Assembly: GCA_965223265.1 (NCBI GenBank)
Contig: OZ244999.1
Coordinates: forward strand, 8,544,001-8,608,000
Reading direction: 5' to 3'
DNA from: Planctomycetota bacterium
Lineage (GTDB): Bacteria; Planctomycetota; UBA8108; SXIK01
Length of the DNA stretch: 64,000 nucleotides
Made by a program: the position numbers and the translations under genes. A model generated the notes under the pieces. That model was not told where the DNA came from, made no database searches, and saw only the letters and a list, made by a program, of their open reading frames with translations. Below, one piece after another: positions 27,033 to 37,270 of this stretch (position 1 is its first letter; each line of letters opens with the position of its first letter).

Positions 27033-29213
27033 TCAAAAGCGTCGCTCGCGGTGCACGATCGCCAGCGGCCCGGTTGGACGACCTTGTTTGTCGGTGACTG
27101 TCACGCGGATCGGGGGCGTGCAGAACGGAACGAAGACGCTGAATTCGATCGGTACCAACCCGATGACCACCGTCTCCACACCCGTGATCGGCGCCGCGTC
27201 CGCTTCCGCCGTCAGCGCGATGCGGCCCTCGACGTCGCTACCGTTAATTCCCGTTCGACTTTCCTTGTCGTTGACGACGACGCCCGGCGGGAGAGAGTTT
27301 CCGAACACATTCCGACCAAACCGCCAGTCGCCCCAGAGCGACACGCTGCCCGAGGCGTACTGGCTGCCGCGGACAAGCTCGACGTCGATGTACTTCGTCT
27401 CTCCCGGTGCGAGGTGAATCTCCGTCAGCGGCGTCGTGACCTCGATGTCGGACGCCGCGGTGACCGCAATGCCGCCAGTGCGGCCGACGACGCGGCGGGC
27501 TTGGTAGATCTCCACCAGTGGTGTGGCTCGACGCTCGACGCGGCTCTCGGCCCCCGTGGAAGACTTGAGGGTTCCGCGGCCGCGGATGCGGAAGATCGAA
27601 CCGTCGGTCGGCGCGTCAGGGGACACTGAGAAGACCAGGCAGGCGTCACGCATGCCAGCACGAATTGGCGTGGTGGTTGCCGTCACCCCTTTGGGGAGCC
27701 CTTCGACCTCCAGATCGATCTGGCCGTTGAATCCACCGCGACGGTGAGCCCGGACGTAGATCGGCGTCCGATTGCCGGGACCCACCATGCAGAGCTCCGG
27801 ATCGAAACTAAGAGCGAAGTCCTGCTCGTCGACGCTGCACTCGAGCTGGTAGACCGAATCGGCACCGCCGCGCTGATGAAGATCGCGGAGCTGTAGGAAG
27901 TAGGTGCCGTCGGCTGGCGCCTTCCAAACGACGACAGGGTCTTTGATCGGGCGCCCCGCCAGGTCTTTCGCGTCGTCCCCGGTTGCCAAGCGCTTGCCGT
28001 CGGCGTCGAGCACAGAGAGGACCGCGTCGAGGCGGCTGAAAAGCCGCCGCGCGTACACTTCGAATCGGTACGTGGTGCCCGCGGTCGCCCTGAACGCGTA
28101 GGTGTCGACATCTGCGTCGATGGCAAGTCGACCGGCAACGCCCGCCGGCAGGTTGATCGGCTGGGCATTCTCGATCGCATCGTTGACGTTTCCGCCCGGC
28201 TCCGCCTCCTGTGCGGCTGGCAGTCGTGCGGCAATGACGGACAGTTCGTTGAGGGCGGTGCCATCGGCTGCGAGCGGTGTGACAAGATACGTGTCGCCGG
28301 CGACGGCTCGAAGGGGAAGTTTGATCCGCGCGCGACTTCCCGGTCCGTACCCCGGGCCGATCACCTCAACACTGGTGCTCTCACCCGGCACTGCGACAAG
28401 CGGCAACGTGATCTGTGCGTACGGACCGCGCGTCGCGAGAATGGTGTAGGTGTAGGACCGGTGTCCCTTGTAGTTGGCGTCACGCACAGCGAGCCGGTAC
28501 TCGCCGTCCGCGTCGAACTCATGCGAAAGGAGCGGGTCTGCGAAATAGTGATCGTCGCCAGTCGCCACCTCACGCCCGGTGCCATCGTAGAGGGTGAGGT
28601 GGGCATCGAAATGCGGTGTGAAGCGACCAACTTTGCAGATCGTCTCGTGCAGGCGGGTGCCGATCAGGTTGAAGTTGATGCGATCGCCTCGGCGAGCATG
28701 AAAGCGGTACCAGTCGATCTCCACCGCGCCGCCGATGCGGCCAGTGACGGCACCTTCGATCGAAATCTCTTGCGCTTTCTCCTGGCTCCCGTGGTCACTC
28801 GTTTCGACCGTTGTCGGTAAGTGTGTGACGTAGAAGCGCGCCACCGTAGTGATCGACTCCTTGGTCACGAGACGCAGATCGTGGGGGCCGAGAGCGGCGG
28901 CGCGACCGACGGTGACGCGAACACGGGCATGACCGTCAGGCAGCTTCTTTTCCGCATCGCGGGGCAGCACTTCAGCCGCGATATCGCCGTCAGCGACAAG
29001 TGCCTTGTGCGCCGACTTGACGTTGCCGTTCGTTTCGATCGTGAGGTCGCTCGTGCTGCCAAGACTGACGCAAACAGGGTAGACCGAATCGACGTGCGGA
29101 TACTTCGTCTGGGCTACAAGCGGCGTTACAGCGAGGGTCGCGGCAAGGAGCATGGCCGGTCCGAGCGTAAACCAGCGCGGGATGGACGTTATCGCCGCGG
29201 CGCGGCGCCGCAT
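27033..29213 (-). CDS. PPC (pre-peptidase C-terminal) domain secreted protein
   Basis: EIDWYRF/DVDTYAF, DPLL.HEF.ADGEY, ND..E.AQ.I.LP motifs; a usual partner of DUF1501/DUF1553 genes. Confidence 0.8.
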   Translation of the reverse strand: MRRRAAAITSIPRWFTLGPAMLLAATLAVTPLVAQTKYPHVDSVYPVCVSLGSTSDLTIETNGNVKSAHKALVADGDIAAEVLPRDAEKKLPDGHARVRVTVGRAAALGPHDLRLVTKESITTVARFYVTHLPTTVETSDHGSQEKAQEISIEGAVTGRIGGAVEIDWYRFHARRGDRINFNLIGTRLHETICKVGRFTPHFDAHLTLYDGTGREVATGDDHYFADPLLSHEFDADGEYRLAVRDANYKGHRSYTYTILATRGPYAQITLPLVAVPGESTSVEVIGPGYGPGSRARIKLPLRAVAGDTYLVTPLAADGTALNELSVIAARLPAAQEAEPGGNVNDAIENAQPINLPAGVAGRLAIDADVDTYAFRATAGTTYRFEVYARRLFSRLDAVLSVLDADGKRLATGDDAKDLAGRPIKDPVVVWKAPADGTYFLQLRDLHQRGGADSVYQLECSVDEQDFALSFDPELCMVGPGNRTPIYVRAHRRGGFNGQIDLEVEGLPKGVTATTTPIRAGMRDACLVFSVSPDAPTDGSIFRIRGRGTLKSSTGAESRVERRATPLVEIYQARRVVGRTGGIAVTAASDIEVTTPLTEIHLAPGETKYIDVELVRGSQYASGSVSLWGDWRFGRNVFGNSLPPGVVVNDKESRTGINGSDVEGRIALTAEADAAPITGVETVVIGLVPIEFSVFVPFCTPPIRVTVTDKQGRPTGPLAIVHRERRF

Positions 29214-29621
29214 GAATCGATCACTCACTTTTGCCTCCGCCTGACGATGAACGATCTTTGCCCCATAGCCGCTTTCATGTTCGACTGCTCTCACAATATG
29301 CGTGGTGAGGCACGAAAGCAATCTCGCGCTGGGCAGAGCTGGACCCCAACGCCTGCAAAAAAATGACGGCAAGAAACGCCTTCGGCTCGGTGATAGCACG
29401 CCATTAGCGACGTTCGAACCGCGTCGGCAATGCTCACGTACCGTGAACTACGCGCCGCGAGCCGCCACGTCTCAAACGCCGCTACTGACGCACTCTTCAC
29501 CGTTCTTATTCGCCATTTTTTGCAACGTTTGGGGCTGGAGTCGTGGTCCCACCGTTCAGATCGGCTGGTAAGCGCTTCGCGGCTCAGCACTCGAGTTTTG
29601 GAGTCGATCGTCGCTCTATGT

Positions 29622-30047
29622 CTATAGATGCGCCACGAGTAGCGCCACGACCACCTGAATGGCGACGAACATTACGCCGACGGCGATGTCGTCCCGGCCG
29701 GGAAGCCAGCAGAAGTCGTAGAATCCCGTTCTCGAGGTTTCAAGTCGACTGCCGCACTGTGGACAGAGCGCGTTTCGACGCGCGCGAAGGGTTGCCGCCA
29801 CGCGGCTCGCGAGGATGGCGAGCGCCAGGCCGCCCACCACCGCGGCCATGGCTGCAGGCCAGGCGCCGCGCCAAGCGTCACCGAAGCGTCCACGAAATCG
29901 CGGCACTTGGAGAATCAACCCGACAGCTACAAGGAGCGTCCAGTACAGAATCGCACTGCTGTGCTGCTCGAGCCGTCGGTAGTCGCAACTGGCGCAGGAG
30001 AGTTCTTCTTGACTGCCGGAAAAAAGCATCGGGGGAGCCCCCACCAT
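29622..30047 (-). CDS. Small membrane protein with two CxxC motifs
   Basis: Non-overlapping 3' part of the 686-aa antisense ORF; CASC, 2 TM, CPQC, 1 TM. Confidence 0.5.
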   Translation of the reverse strand: MVGAPPMLFSGSQEELSCASCDYRRLEQHSSAILYWTLLVAVGLILQVPRFRGRFGDAWRGAWPAAMAAVVGGLALAILASRVAATLRARRNALCPQCGSRLETSRTGFYDFCWLPGRDDIAVGVMFVAIQVVVALLVAHL

Positions 30048-30158
30048 TGCTGAGCGTTCGCCAGACGTAGTTGCAACCGTCGAAGGCGACCGCCATGATA
30101 GGTGAAACCGTGCTCCCGCGACAGTGGGTAAAGAAGGACCTATGGGTAACACCGCAAG

Positions 30159-32186
30159 ATGAGCCATCGTGCTGCCCTGAAACGCAGTTTCGTGCCGACT
30201 CTTTGGGTCGCGAGTCATTGGTGGTTCGGCTTGGTGTGTGTCGCTGCCGACGCGCACTCGGAGCGATTCTCCGAGCGGCTCCAGCTCGGCGCCCCGTTGA
30301 GCAGCGGTGGCTGCCGCGACATCGCCGGTCGTCAGCACGAGCTTTCGCCATCGTCTGGCGTGGCGGCCACAGTGCTCGCCTTCAACGGCATTGGTTGCCC
30401 GCTTTCTGAGCTCTACACACCGCGCGTTGAGGAGCTCGCAACACGCTTCGCGAGTCGAGGTGTTCGTTTTTTTGCGGTCAATAGCAACCACCACGACACG
30501 GTCGATGAGTTGCGCCAATTCGCGCAGCGCCACGACCTGAAGATCCCTCTTCTGAAGGACTTTGATCACGCTTTGGCCGATCGACTCGGAGCGACACGGA
30601 CGACGGAGGTCTTTCTTTTCGACGCCGATTTCAAGCTGCGCTACCGCGGTCGCGTCGACGATCAGTACAGCCTCACGGATCTTTCCGTTGGCGTGCGTAA
30701 GGCGCGACCGGAGCGAGGTTTTCTGGCAGACGCGATTGAGACCGTGCTCGCCGGTGGAGATGTCAAGACGTCGACGACAGAAGCGGTCGGTTGCGTGATC
30801 GATCGCAAACGTGACGTCAAGCAAGGTGGTGGCGTGACGTTTCATCGTGACGTTGAACCGATCCTTCAAGCGCGCTGCCAAAGTTGCCATCGCGACGGCG
30901 AGATCGCTCCGTTTCCGCTGCTCGACTATGATGATGTCGCGGGCTGGAGTGGCATGATTCGAGAGGTTGTGCTGAACCGACGCATGCCACCCTGGCATGC
31001 GGATGCAGGAGTTGGCGACTTCATCAACGATCGCAGCCTCACCGACGGGGAGGTCGATACCCTCGTACGTTGGGTGGATCATGGTGCGCCCCGAGGTGAC
31101 GTGCGGGATCGTCCGCCTGCAGTGGAGTTTCCCGACGGCTGGCAGATTGGGGAGCCCGACGCCATCTACGGGATGCCTGAGGCGTTCGAAGTGCCGGCGG
31201 AAGGGACTGTGCGTTACCAGTATTTCAAGATTGAGACCAACCTCGACGAGGATCGTTGGGTCACGGCTGCGGAGGTGCGACCGGGAAACCGCGCCGTCGT
31301 CCATCACATCCTCGTCTTCGCGATCGACCCGAAGCGCCCCCGCGCGTGGCGCCGCGACCGTGGCGGTGCGGCGGGTTACTTTGCGGCTATGGTTCCTGGC
31401 GAGCGCCCAGTGATCTACCCGCCAGGGGCTGGCAAGCGCCTGCCGGCGGGCGCGACGCTCGTCATGCAGGTGCACTACACGGCTAACGGTCAACCACAGA
31501 CGGATCGATCGCGAGTCGCATTTCGATTCGCCCAGGCGCCGGTGACGCGTGAGGTGAGGACGCGAAGTGCATATCAGGACCACCTGCTGATCGTTCCACC
31601 GAACACCGCCGATCATCCGGTGAGCGCACGCTTCACGTTTAAGCGCGACGCACATCTGCTGAGCTTCCTGCCGCACATGCATCTACGCGGCAAGGCATTT
31701 GAGTACGTCGCGCACTATCCAACCCGGGCACGGGTCTCTGTAGCTCCTAACCTCGGCAAGTTGTCGGCGGCAGACTTCATTCGACTCAACTATGACGAGG
31801 CGACTGGGGAATTGACTTGGGTCGGCGAGATGGACGATGCGACGTTCGCGAAACTGCAGGCGATGTACGCCGGCAACAACGACGATCTCGAAGCGATCGA
31901 CACGTTGCGGCGACAGGCTCGCTCGGAGACGCTGCTGAGCGTCTCGCGTTACGACTTTGGCTGGCAGAGTACGTATCGCCTCCGAGAACCGAAGTGGATG
32001 CCACGCGGAGCGCAGATTTCTTGCACCGGATGGTTCGATAACTCATCGACCAACCTTGCGCTCACGAGCGACATGTGGTCGCAGACGGTGCGCTGGGGAG
32101 AACAGACATGGGAAGAGATGTTGATCGGTTATTTCGACTACATTCCCGCGAAGCCGAGCGCCGCGCCGCGCAGGAAGGGCGATTGA
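30159..32186 (+). CDS. Redoxin (AhpC/TSA) + c-type heme + copper type II monooxygenase-like protein
   Basis: GCP...YRGRVDD; CQSCH; VVHH, QVHY, PHMHLRGK, YDFGWQ, EEM. Confidence 0.85.
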   Translation: MSHRAALKRSFVPTLWVASHWWFGLVCVAADAHSERFSERLQLGAPLSSGGCRDIAGRQHELSPSSGVAATVLAFNGIGCPLSELYTPRVEELATRFASRGVRFFAVNSNHHDTVDELRQFAQRHDLKIPLLKDFDHALADRLGATRTTEVFLFDADFKLRYRGRVDDQYSLTDLSVGVRKARPERGFLADAIETVLAGGDVKTSTTEAVGCVIDRKRDVKQGGGVTFHRDVEPILQARCQSCHRDGEIAPFPLLDYDDVAGWSGMIREVVLNRRMPPWHADAGVGDFINDRSLTDGEVDTLVRWVDHGAPRGDVRDRPPAVEFPDGWQIGEPDAIYGMPEAFEVPAEGTVRYQYFKIETNLDEDRWVTAAEVRPGNRAVVHHILVFAIDPKRPRAWRRDRGGAAGYFAAMVPGERPVIYPPGAGKRLPAGATLVMQVHYTANGQPQTDRSRVAFRFAQAPVTREVRTRSAYQDHLLIVPPNTADHPVSARFTFKRDAHLLSFLPHMHLRGKAFEYVAHYPTRARVSVAPNLGKLSAADFIRLNYDEATGELTWVGEMDDATFAKLQAMYAGNNDDLEAIDTLRRQARSETLLSVSRYDFGWQSTYRLREPKWMPRGAQISCTGWFDNSSTNLALTSDMWSQTVRWGEQTWEEMLIGYFDYIPAKPSAAPRRKGD

Positions 32187-32280
32187 AGGATCGCTCGGTG
32201 CGGCCACATTCGCCTTGAAATCAGCGTCTCGGAAGCTTCTACTGAAGTCTTCGGTCGGTCAAGGCGCGGCGAGGTGCGTG

Positions 32281-34848
32281 ATGTCCATCTGTTTTGGCAC
32301 GAGTCAGTTAAAAAACGTCGCGCCGTCGTTCGTAGCTTCAATTAGCTGCTTTCTGCTCACTTGGTGTGCGCCACTGCATGCAGACGGTGAGCGGGACGGC
32401 CTGGAAGACCGCCGCCGCGGCGAAGCGTTGCGAGTAACTGCGTCTGTCGAGACCTACGACCAGATCGAGGCCTTCCCGCGCCGTGTTCAACTGCGCGGCG
32501 CCGAAGCGTTTCAGCGTGTGGTCGTGCGCGGTCGCACCGCGACGGGCCAGTGGGTCGACCTGACGCGTCAAGCCCAATTCACGACTGAGCCGGAGGGTGT
32601 CGTGCGCCTCGGTCCTGTCGACGCTGAGAGTCGACCGGCTCTACACGCCGGTCGTGACGGAGACGCCACGGTGACAGTTGCCGTTGGCGATGCAGTGACC
32701 CAGCTCGCCGTGATCGTCCGCGGCAGCGACGCTGCCGCGCCGCCGCGATTTGTCGAAGACGTGATCCACAACTTGACGCGCGCAGGTTGTAACTCGGGTG
32801 CCTGCCACGGGGCTCAACATGGAAAAGGCGGATTCAAGCTTTCGCTTCTCGGGTACGTTCCCGAGCAGGATTACACCGCCGTCACACGCGATGCGGGCGC
32901 GCGGCGTGTGGTCGCAGGAGCTGCGCAGCGCAGCTTGCTGCTAGCGAAACCATTGCAATTAGTCCCGCACGAGGGCGGCCTCGTGCTGCAGCCAGAGTCG
33001 ACCGCGCATAGAAGCATCGCGCGATGGATCGCCGCGGGAGCACCGGCGCAGCCTCAGGACGCTCCCGCTCTAGAGGCCATCGAAGTGTATCCCATCGAGA
33101 GCGTCGTTGCGCCGGGGGACGAATTCTACTTGGCAGTGAGCGCACACTACTCGGACGGCCGGCGGGAAGACGTCACCGGTCAAGTGCTCCTCGAGACACT
33201 CAACGACGGTGTCGCGAGCGTCGACGGTGACGGCCGGGTGCGCGCGAATGCCTCCGGCGAGACTTCGATCATGGTGCGATACGCGGGGGACGCTGTGACG
33301 ACGCGCGTCACGGTGCCTTTTCCCGAGCGCGCCGACTCTGAAAGTCGCGACGTTTTTGCCGCCTTCGCTCCGAGGACACCGCTGGACCGCGCCGTCGCTA
33401 AGAAGTGGGCATTACTCGGCCTGCATCCATCTCCTGGCGCCAGTGACGCGGAGTTCATGCGGCGACTTTATCTCACGGCCATCGGCACACTGCCGAGCCC
33501 AGACGAGGTCGAGGCTTTTCTTGCCGACGGCTCCGCTGAGAAGCGTGATCGGCTGATCGATCGAGTTCTCGAGCGTCCCGAATATGTGGACTATTGGACG
33601 CTGAAGTGGGGCGACGTCCTTCGTGTCAAACGCTCCACCATGGGTGAAAAGGGCATGTGGAGCTTCTACAGTTGGCTGCGCGAGCAGCTGCGTGACAATC
33701 GCCCGCTCGATGCGCTTGTCCGTGACCTCCTTGTCGCACAGGGGAGCACGTTTACCACCGGCCCAGCGAACTACTATCGCGTGTCAAGCCAGCCCAAGGA
33801 GCTTGCTGAGATCACCAGCCAGGTGTTCCTCGGGCTGCGGCTGCAGTGTGCGCAGTGCCATCATCATCCATTCGAAAGATGGAGCCAAGATGACTACTAT
33901 GGCATGGCTGCTTATTTCGCGCGTCTGGGGGTCAAGTCGAGCGCCGAGTTCGGCGTCTACGGGACCGAGCGCGTCGTGTATGTGAAAGAGCGCGGCGAGC
34001 TTCGCCACCCGAAGAGCGGTGCCGTGGTCGTGCCGAAGCCGCTCGACGCGCCACCGGCCGACGACGCTGTGGACCGTCGCCGTGCCCTGGCGACGTGGCT
34101 CACGGCGCGGGACAACCGATTGTTCGCGAGAAACCTCGCCAACCGCTTGTGGGGATACGTCATGGGGCGTGGCGTTGTCGAACCGATCGATGACCTTCGC
34201 GTGACGAATCCACCGACGAATCCCGAGCTGCTCGAGGCACTCGCCGACGCCCTGATCGCAGCGGATTTTGATCAGAAGGCGCTCCTGAGAGTGATCTTTC
34301 GCTCGCGTGTGTTTCAGCTGTCGTCGCTGCCCACTGCTGACAACCAAGGCGACGAGATGTTTTTCTCGCATTACTTGATTCGACGATTGCCTGCCGAGGT
34401 GCTCCTCGACGCCATCGCTGCCAGCACCGAGGTGCCGGAGGCGTTCGGTGGTGTGCCGAAATCGACGCGCGCCATTCAGCTTCCCGATCCAACGTATAAC
34501 TCCTATTTTCTTAGTGCGTTTGGCAAGCCGAAGCGGGCGATTTCTTGCGAGTGTGAGCGAGTCAGCAAGCCGAACCTGGCGCAAGCGCTGCATCTCATGA
34601 ATGGCGATGCGATCCAGAGGCGCGTTGCCGCTGAGGATGGGCGCGTCGCAAGGATTGTCAAAGACGAGCAAAAAACGGATTCCGAGGGCATCACGGAGCT
34701 CTACCTGGCTACTTTTTCGCGCCCACCGACGTCGCAGGAGCTCGAGCGTGCTCGCAGCGCCGTGGCGGCGGCGCCGACGCGGCGCGAGGGCTTCGAGGAC
34801 CTTCTTTGGGCGCTGTGCAATGCGACAGAATTCCTCTTCAATCACTGA
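32281..34848 (+). CDS. Ig-like (BIG2) + DUF1549/DUF1553 protein
   Basis: GCNSGACHG, CAQCHHHPFERW, CECER, EFLFNH. Start is uncertain. Confidence 0.9.
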   Translation: MSICFGTSQLKNVAPSFVASISCFLLTWCAPLHADGERDGLEDRRRGEALRVTASVETYDQIEAFPRRVQLRGAEAFQRVVVRGRTATGQWVDLTRQAQFTTEPEGVVRLGPVDAESRPALHAGRDGDATVTVAVGDAVTQLAVIVRGSDAAAPPRFVEDVIHNLTRAGCNSGACHGAQHGKGGFKLSLLGYVPEQDYTAVTRDAGARRVVAGAAQRSLLLAKPLQLVPHEGGLVLQPESTAHRSIARWIAAGAPAQPQDAPALEAIEVYPIESVVAPGDEFYLAVSAHYSDGRREDVTGQVLLETLNDGVASVDGDGRVRANASGETSIMVRYAGDAVTTRVTVPFPERADSESRDVFAAFAPRTPLDRAVAKKWALLGLHPSPGASDAEFMRRLYLTAIGTLPSPDEVEAFLADGSAEKRDRLIDRVLERPEYVDYWTLKWGDVLRVKRSTMGEKGMWSFYSWLREQLRDNRPLDALVRDLLVAQGSTFTTGPANYYRVSSQPKELAEITSQVFLGLRLQCAQCHHHPFERWSQDDYYGMAAYFARLGVKSSAEFGVYGTERVVYVKERGELRHPKSGAVVVPKPLDAPPADDAVDRRRALATWLTARDNRLFARNLANRLWGYVMGRGVVEPIDDLRVTNPPTNPELLEALADALIAADFDQKALLRVIFRSRVFQLSSLPTADNQGDEMFFSHYLIRRLPAEVLLDAIAASTEVPEAFGGVPKSTRAIQLPDPTYNSYFLSAFGKPKRAISCECERVSKPNLAQALHLMNGDAIQRRVAAEDGRVARIVKDEQKTDSEGITELYLATFSRPPTSQELERARSAVAAAPTRREGFEDLLWALCNATEFLFNH

Positions 34849-34964
34849 AGTTTTAACGTCCTCGGCATGTCGAACGGCGTTGCCCGCCAGCCGATCGTTG
34901 TCGCCGACGCTCGACGACATGACCGCAGAGTTCGCTCTGCGTGAATCGCAGGAGACGAAGAGCC

Positions 34965-36287
34965 ATGTTTGAAATCGACACCGGAACCACCGCGGCCAAC
35001 TGCGAAGGTGTGGGGCGCCGAGAGTTCATCAAAGTGGGCGCGCTTTCGGCGTTTGGTTTGTCGCTGCCGACTTTGCTTCGTGCCGAGGCTCGTGCGGCCG
35101 ATGCGACATCCGGGCGACCAGTTTCCTGTATTCTTCTGTGGCTCAACGGCGGTCCCAGTCACATCGACACCTGGGACCCGAAGCCCGACGCGCCGGCTGA
35201 GATTCGAGGCGAATTCGGGACGATTCCGACGACGATTCCGGGCTACCGCGTGACTGATCTGATACCGCGTTTGGCGCGACGCCTCGACAAGTACAGCGTT
35301 CTTCGTTCCGTCACCTCGTCCGAGAACGGACACGAGAGGGCCGCGCACTACTTGCTGACTGGCTATCCGTTCAACCCGGCGATCGAGTACCCGTCGTACG
35401 GCTCCGTTTTCAGCCGTGAGCTCCAAGGCGCCGCCGAGATGCCGTCGTACGTGTTGCTTGGCGGCTACCCGTTCGGGGCGGGCGGCGCGGGTTACATGGG
35501 CGACGCGCACAATCCTTTCAACATCCAGGACAATCCCGCAGCCGCGGGATTTCGCGTTCGAGATGTATCGCTTCCAGGCGGCTTTAGCATGAGCCGTGTC
35601 GAGCGGCGACGATCGATGTTGGCGACGGTCGATGTGTTTCAACGGCGAGTTGAATCGGCGGCAGAGATCAAGTCGATGGAGTCGTTTTACGAGAAGGCCT
35701 ATGCGTTGATCACCTCACCGCGCGCCAAGGAAGCGTTCGACCTTGAGCGTGAGCCGGCCTCGGTGCGCGAGCGCTACGGCAAGTCGAGCCGATTCGGTCA
35801 ATCGTGCCTGCTCGCCCGGCGCCTCGTCGAGTCGGGTGTCAGGTTCGTTACCGTCAACCACTCTGGCTGGGACACCCACCAGAACAACTTCAACGCGCTG
35901 CGCAGCAAGCTTCCGGATGTCGATCAGGCCTACTCGGCACTCCTTGATGATTTAGCCGCACGAGGTCTCCTCGAGGATACGATCGTTATCTGCATGGGCG
36001 AATTCGGGCGCACGCCGAAAGTAAATCCCTCGGCAGGGAGGGATCACTGGGGGCGTGCGATCAGCGTCTGCATCGGCGGCGGCACGGTAAAGACCGGTAT
36101 GATCATCGGCGCAACAAATGAACGCGCCGAGGAGCCAATCGATCGCCCGATTCGTGTCGAGGACCTGGCCGCGACCATCTACCGAGCCTTGGGCGTGGAC
36201 TTCATGCACGAATACTTGACGCCGCAAAATCGTCCAGTGCGGATCAACTATGACGGTCAGCCGGTGGACGAGATTCTCACCGTTTGA
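34965..36287 (+). CDS. DUF1501 domain protein
   Basis: RREF Tat-like leader; GGPSHIDTWDPKP; WDTH; GEFGRTP; GRDHW. Confidence 0.92.
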   Translation: MFEIDTGTTAANCEGVGRREFIKVGALSAFGLSLPTLLRAEARAADATSGRPVSCILLWLNGGPSHIDTWDPKPDAPAEIRGEFGTIPTTIPGYRVTDLIPRLARRLDKYSVLRSVTSSENGHERAAHYLLTGYPFNPAIEYPSYGSVFSRELQGAAEMPSYVLLGGYPFGAGGAGYMGDAHNPFNIQDNPAAAGFRVRDVSLPGGFSMSRVERRRSMLATVDVFQRRVESAAEIKSMESFYEKAYALITSPRAKEAFDLEREPASVRERYGKSSRFGQSCLLARRLVESGVRFVTVNHSGWDTHQNNFNALRSKLPDVDQAYSALLDDLAARGLLEDTIVICMGEFGRTPKVNPSAGRDHWGRAISVCIGGGTVKTGMIIGATNERAEEPIDRPIRVEDLAATIYRALGVDFMHEYLTPQNRPVRINYDGQPVDEILTV

Positions 36288-36391
36288 GGTGGTGAAAGGT
36301 TTGGCTTTGGGGGGAATTCAGGGCGGTCGCAGCTTGTGGGGGCTGAGGGCGTCAGCTGTGGACGCTGCCGGAAGCAAACACTGTGAGGATC

Positions 36392-37270
36392 ATGAAAGCG
36401 ATGACGATGTCGATCAGAGCGGCGACGATCTGGCGATTGGGGCTCGGTGCAGCACTGCCGATCCTGTTGTCCACGGGGTGCCAGTGGATTGAGTCTGTCC
36501 CGTCCGCTTCCTTTCCGGAGTTCGACGACCGCATCGAGACCTGGACCGACAAGACGATTCTCGTCGTCACTCCACACCCGGACGACGAAGCTTTTGGCGC
36601 TGCCGGGACGCTGGCGATGCTCGCAGCACGCGGCAACAAGATCCACGTCGTCGTTTGCACCAATGACGACAAAGGCTCGCGCGACCCCGACATGACGTCT
36701 GAGCGCTTGACGATGATTCGGCGGCAGGAGGAGGAACGTGCCTCCGAGATCGTCGGCATTCCCACGGAGAACCTCGTCTGGCTCGGGCACGAGGATGGGA
36801 TGCTTGAGTACGTCGACGCACGAGATCTGACCAAGCAGATCGCCCGCGAGATTCGGCGTGTGCGACCCGACGCGCTCTTCAGCATCGATCCGGGTGAAGA
36901 TTTTCGTCGCTGGCACAAATCGGACCACAACGCCGGCGCTTTCATCACCGTCGATGCAGTGCGCGCTGCACGCTGGCGCCTCTATTTTCCGGAGCTCGAG
37001 CAGGACGAAGGCTTGAAGGCGTACTCCGTCCCCATCTGCTACATGTTCTACTCGACGCAGCCCAACTACAAAGTTGACATCCACGACTATATCGAGCAGC
37101 GACTCGCGGCCATGGCAGCGCATGAATCGCAGTGGGATCCGTACGTCGACAAATACGCCCCGATGACCGAAGAGGTGCGCACCCAGCTGATCGCGCAGCT
37201 ACGCGAAGGTCGTTTGGCGCCGCGCGAGAACGGGCGATTTGTGGAGTATTTCCGCCGCGCTGAGTACTGA
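36392..37270 (+). CDS. PIG-L/LmbE-family deacetylase (lipoprotein)
   Basis: PHPDDE, RRQEE, HKSDH, AHESQ; lipobox LSTGC. Confidence 0.88.
   Translation: MKAMTMSIRAATIWRLGLGAALPILLSTGCQWIESVPSASFPEFDDRIETWTDKTILVVTPHPDDEAFGAAGTLAMLAARGNKIHVVVCTNDDKGSRDPDMTSERLTMIRRQEEERASEIVGIPTENLVWLGHEDGMLEYVDARDLTKQIAREIRRVRPDALFSIDPGEDFRRWHKSDHNAGAFITVDAVRAARWRLYFPELEQDEGLKAYSVPICYMFYSTQPNYKVDIHDYIEQRLAAMAAHESQWDPYVDKYAPMTEEVRTQLIAQLREGRLAPRENGRFVEYFRRAEY

Noticed and set aside
30048-31682. Upstream part of the 686-aa minus-strand ORF
   Set aside because: Fully antisense to the redoxin/monooxygenase gene; only the last ~140 codons are plausible.
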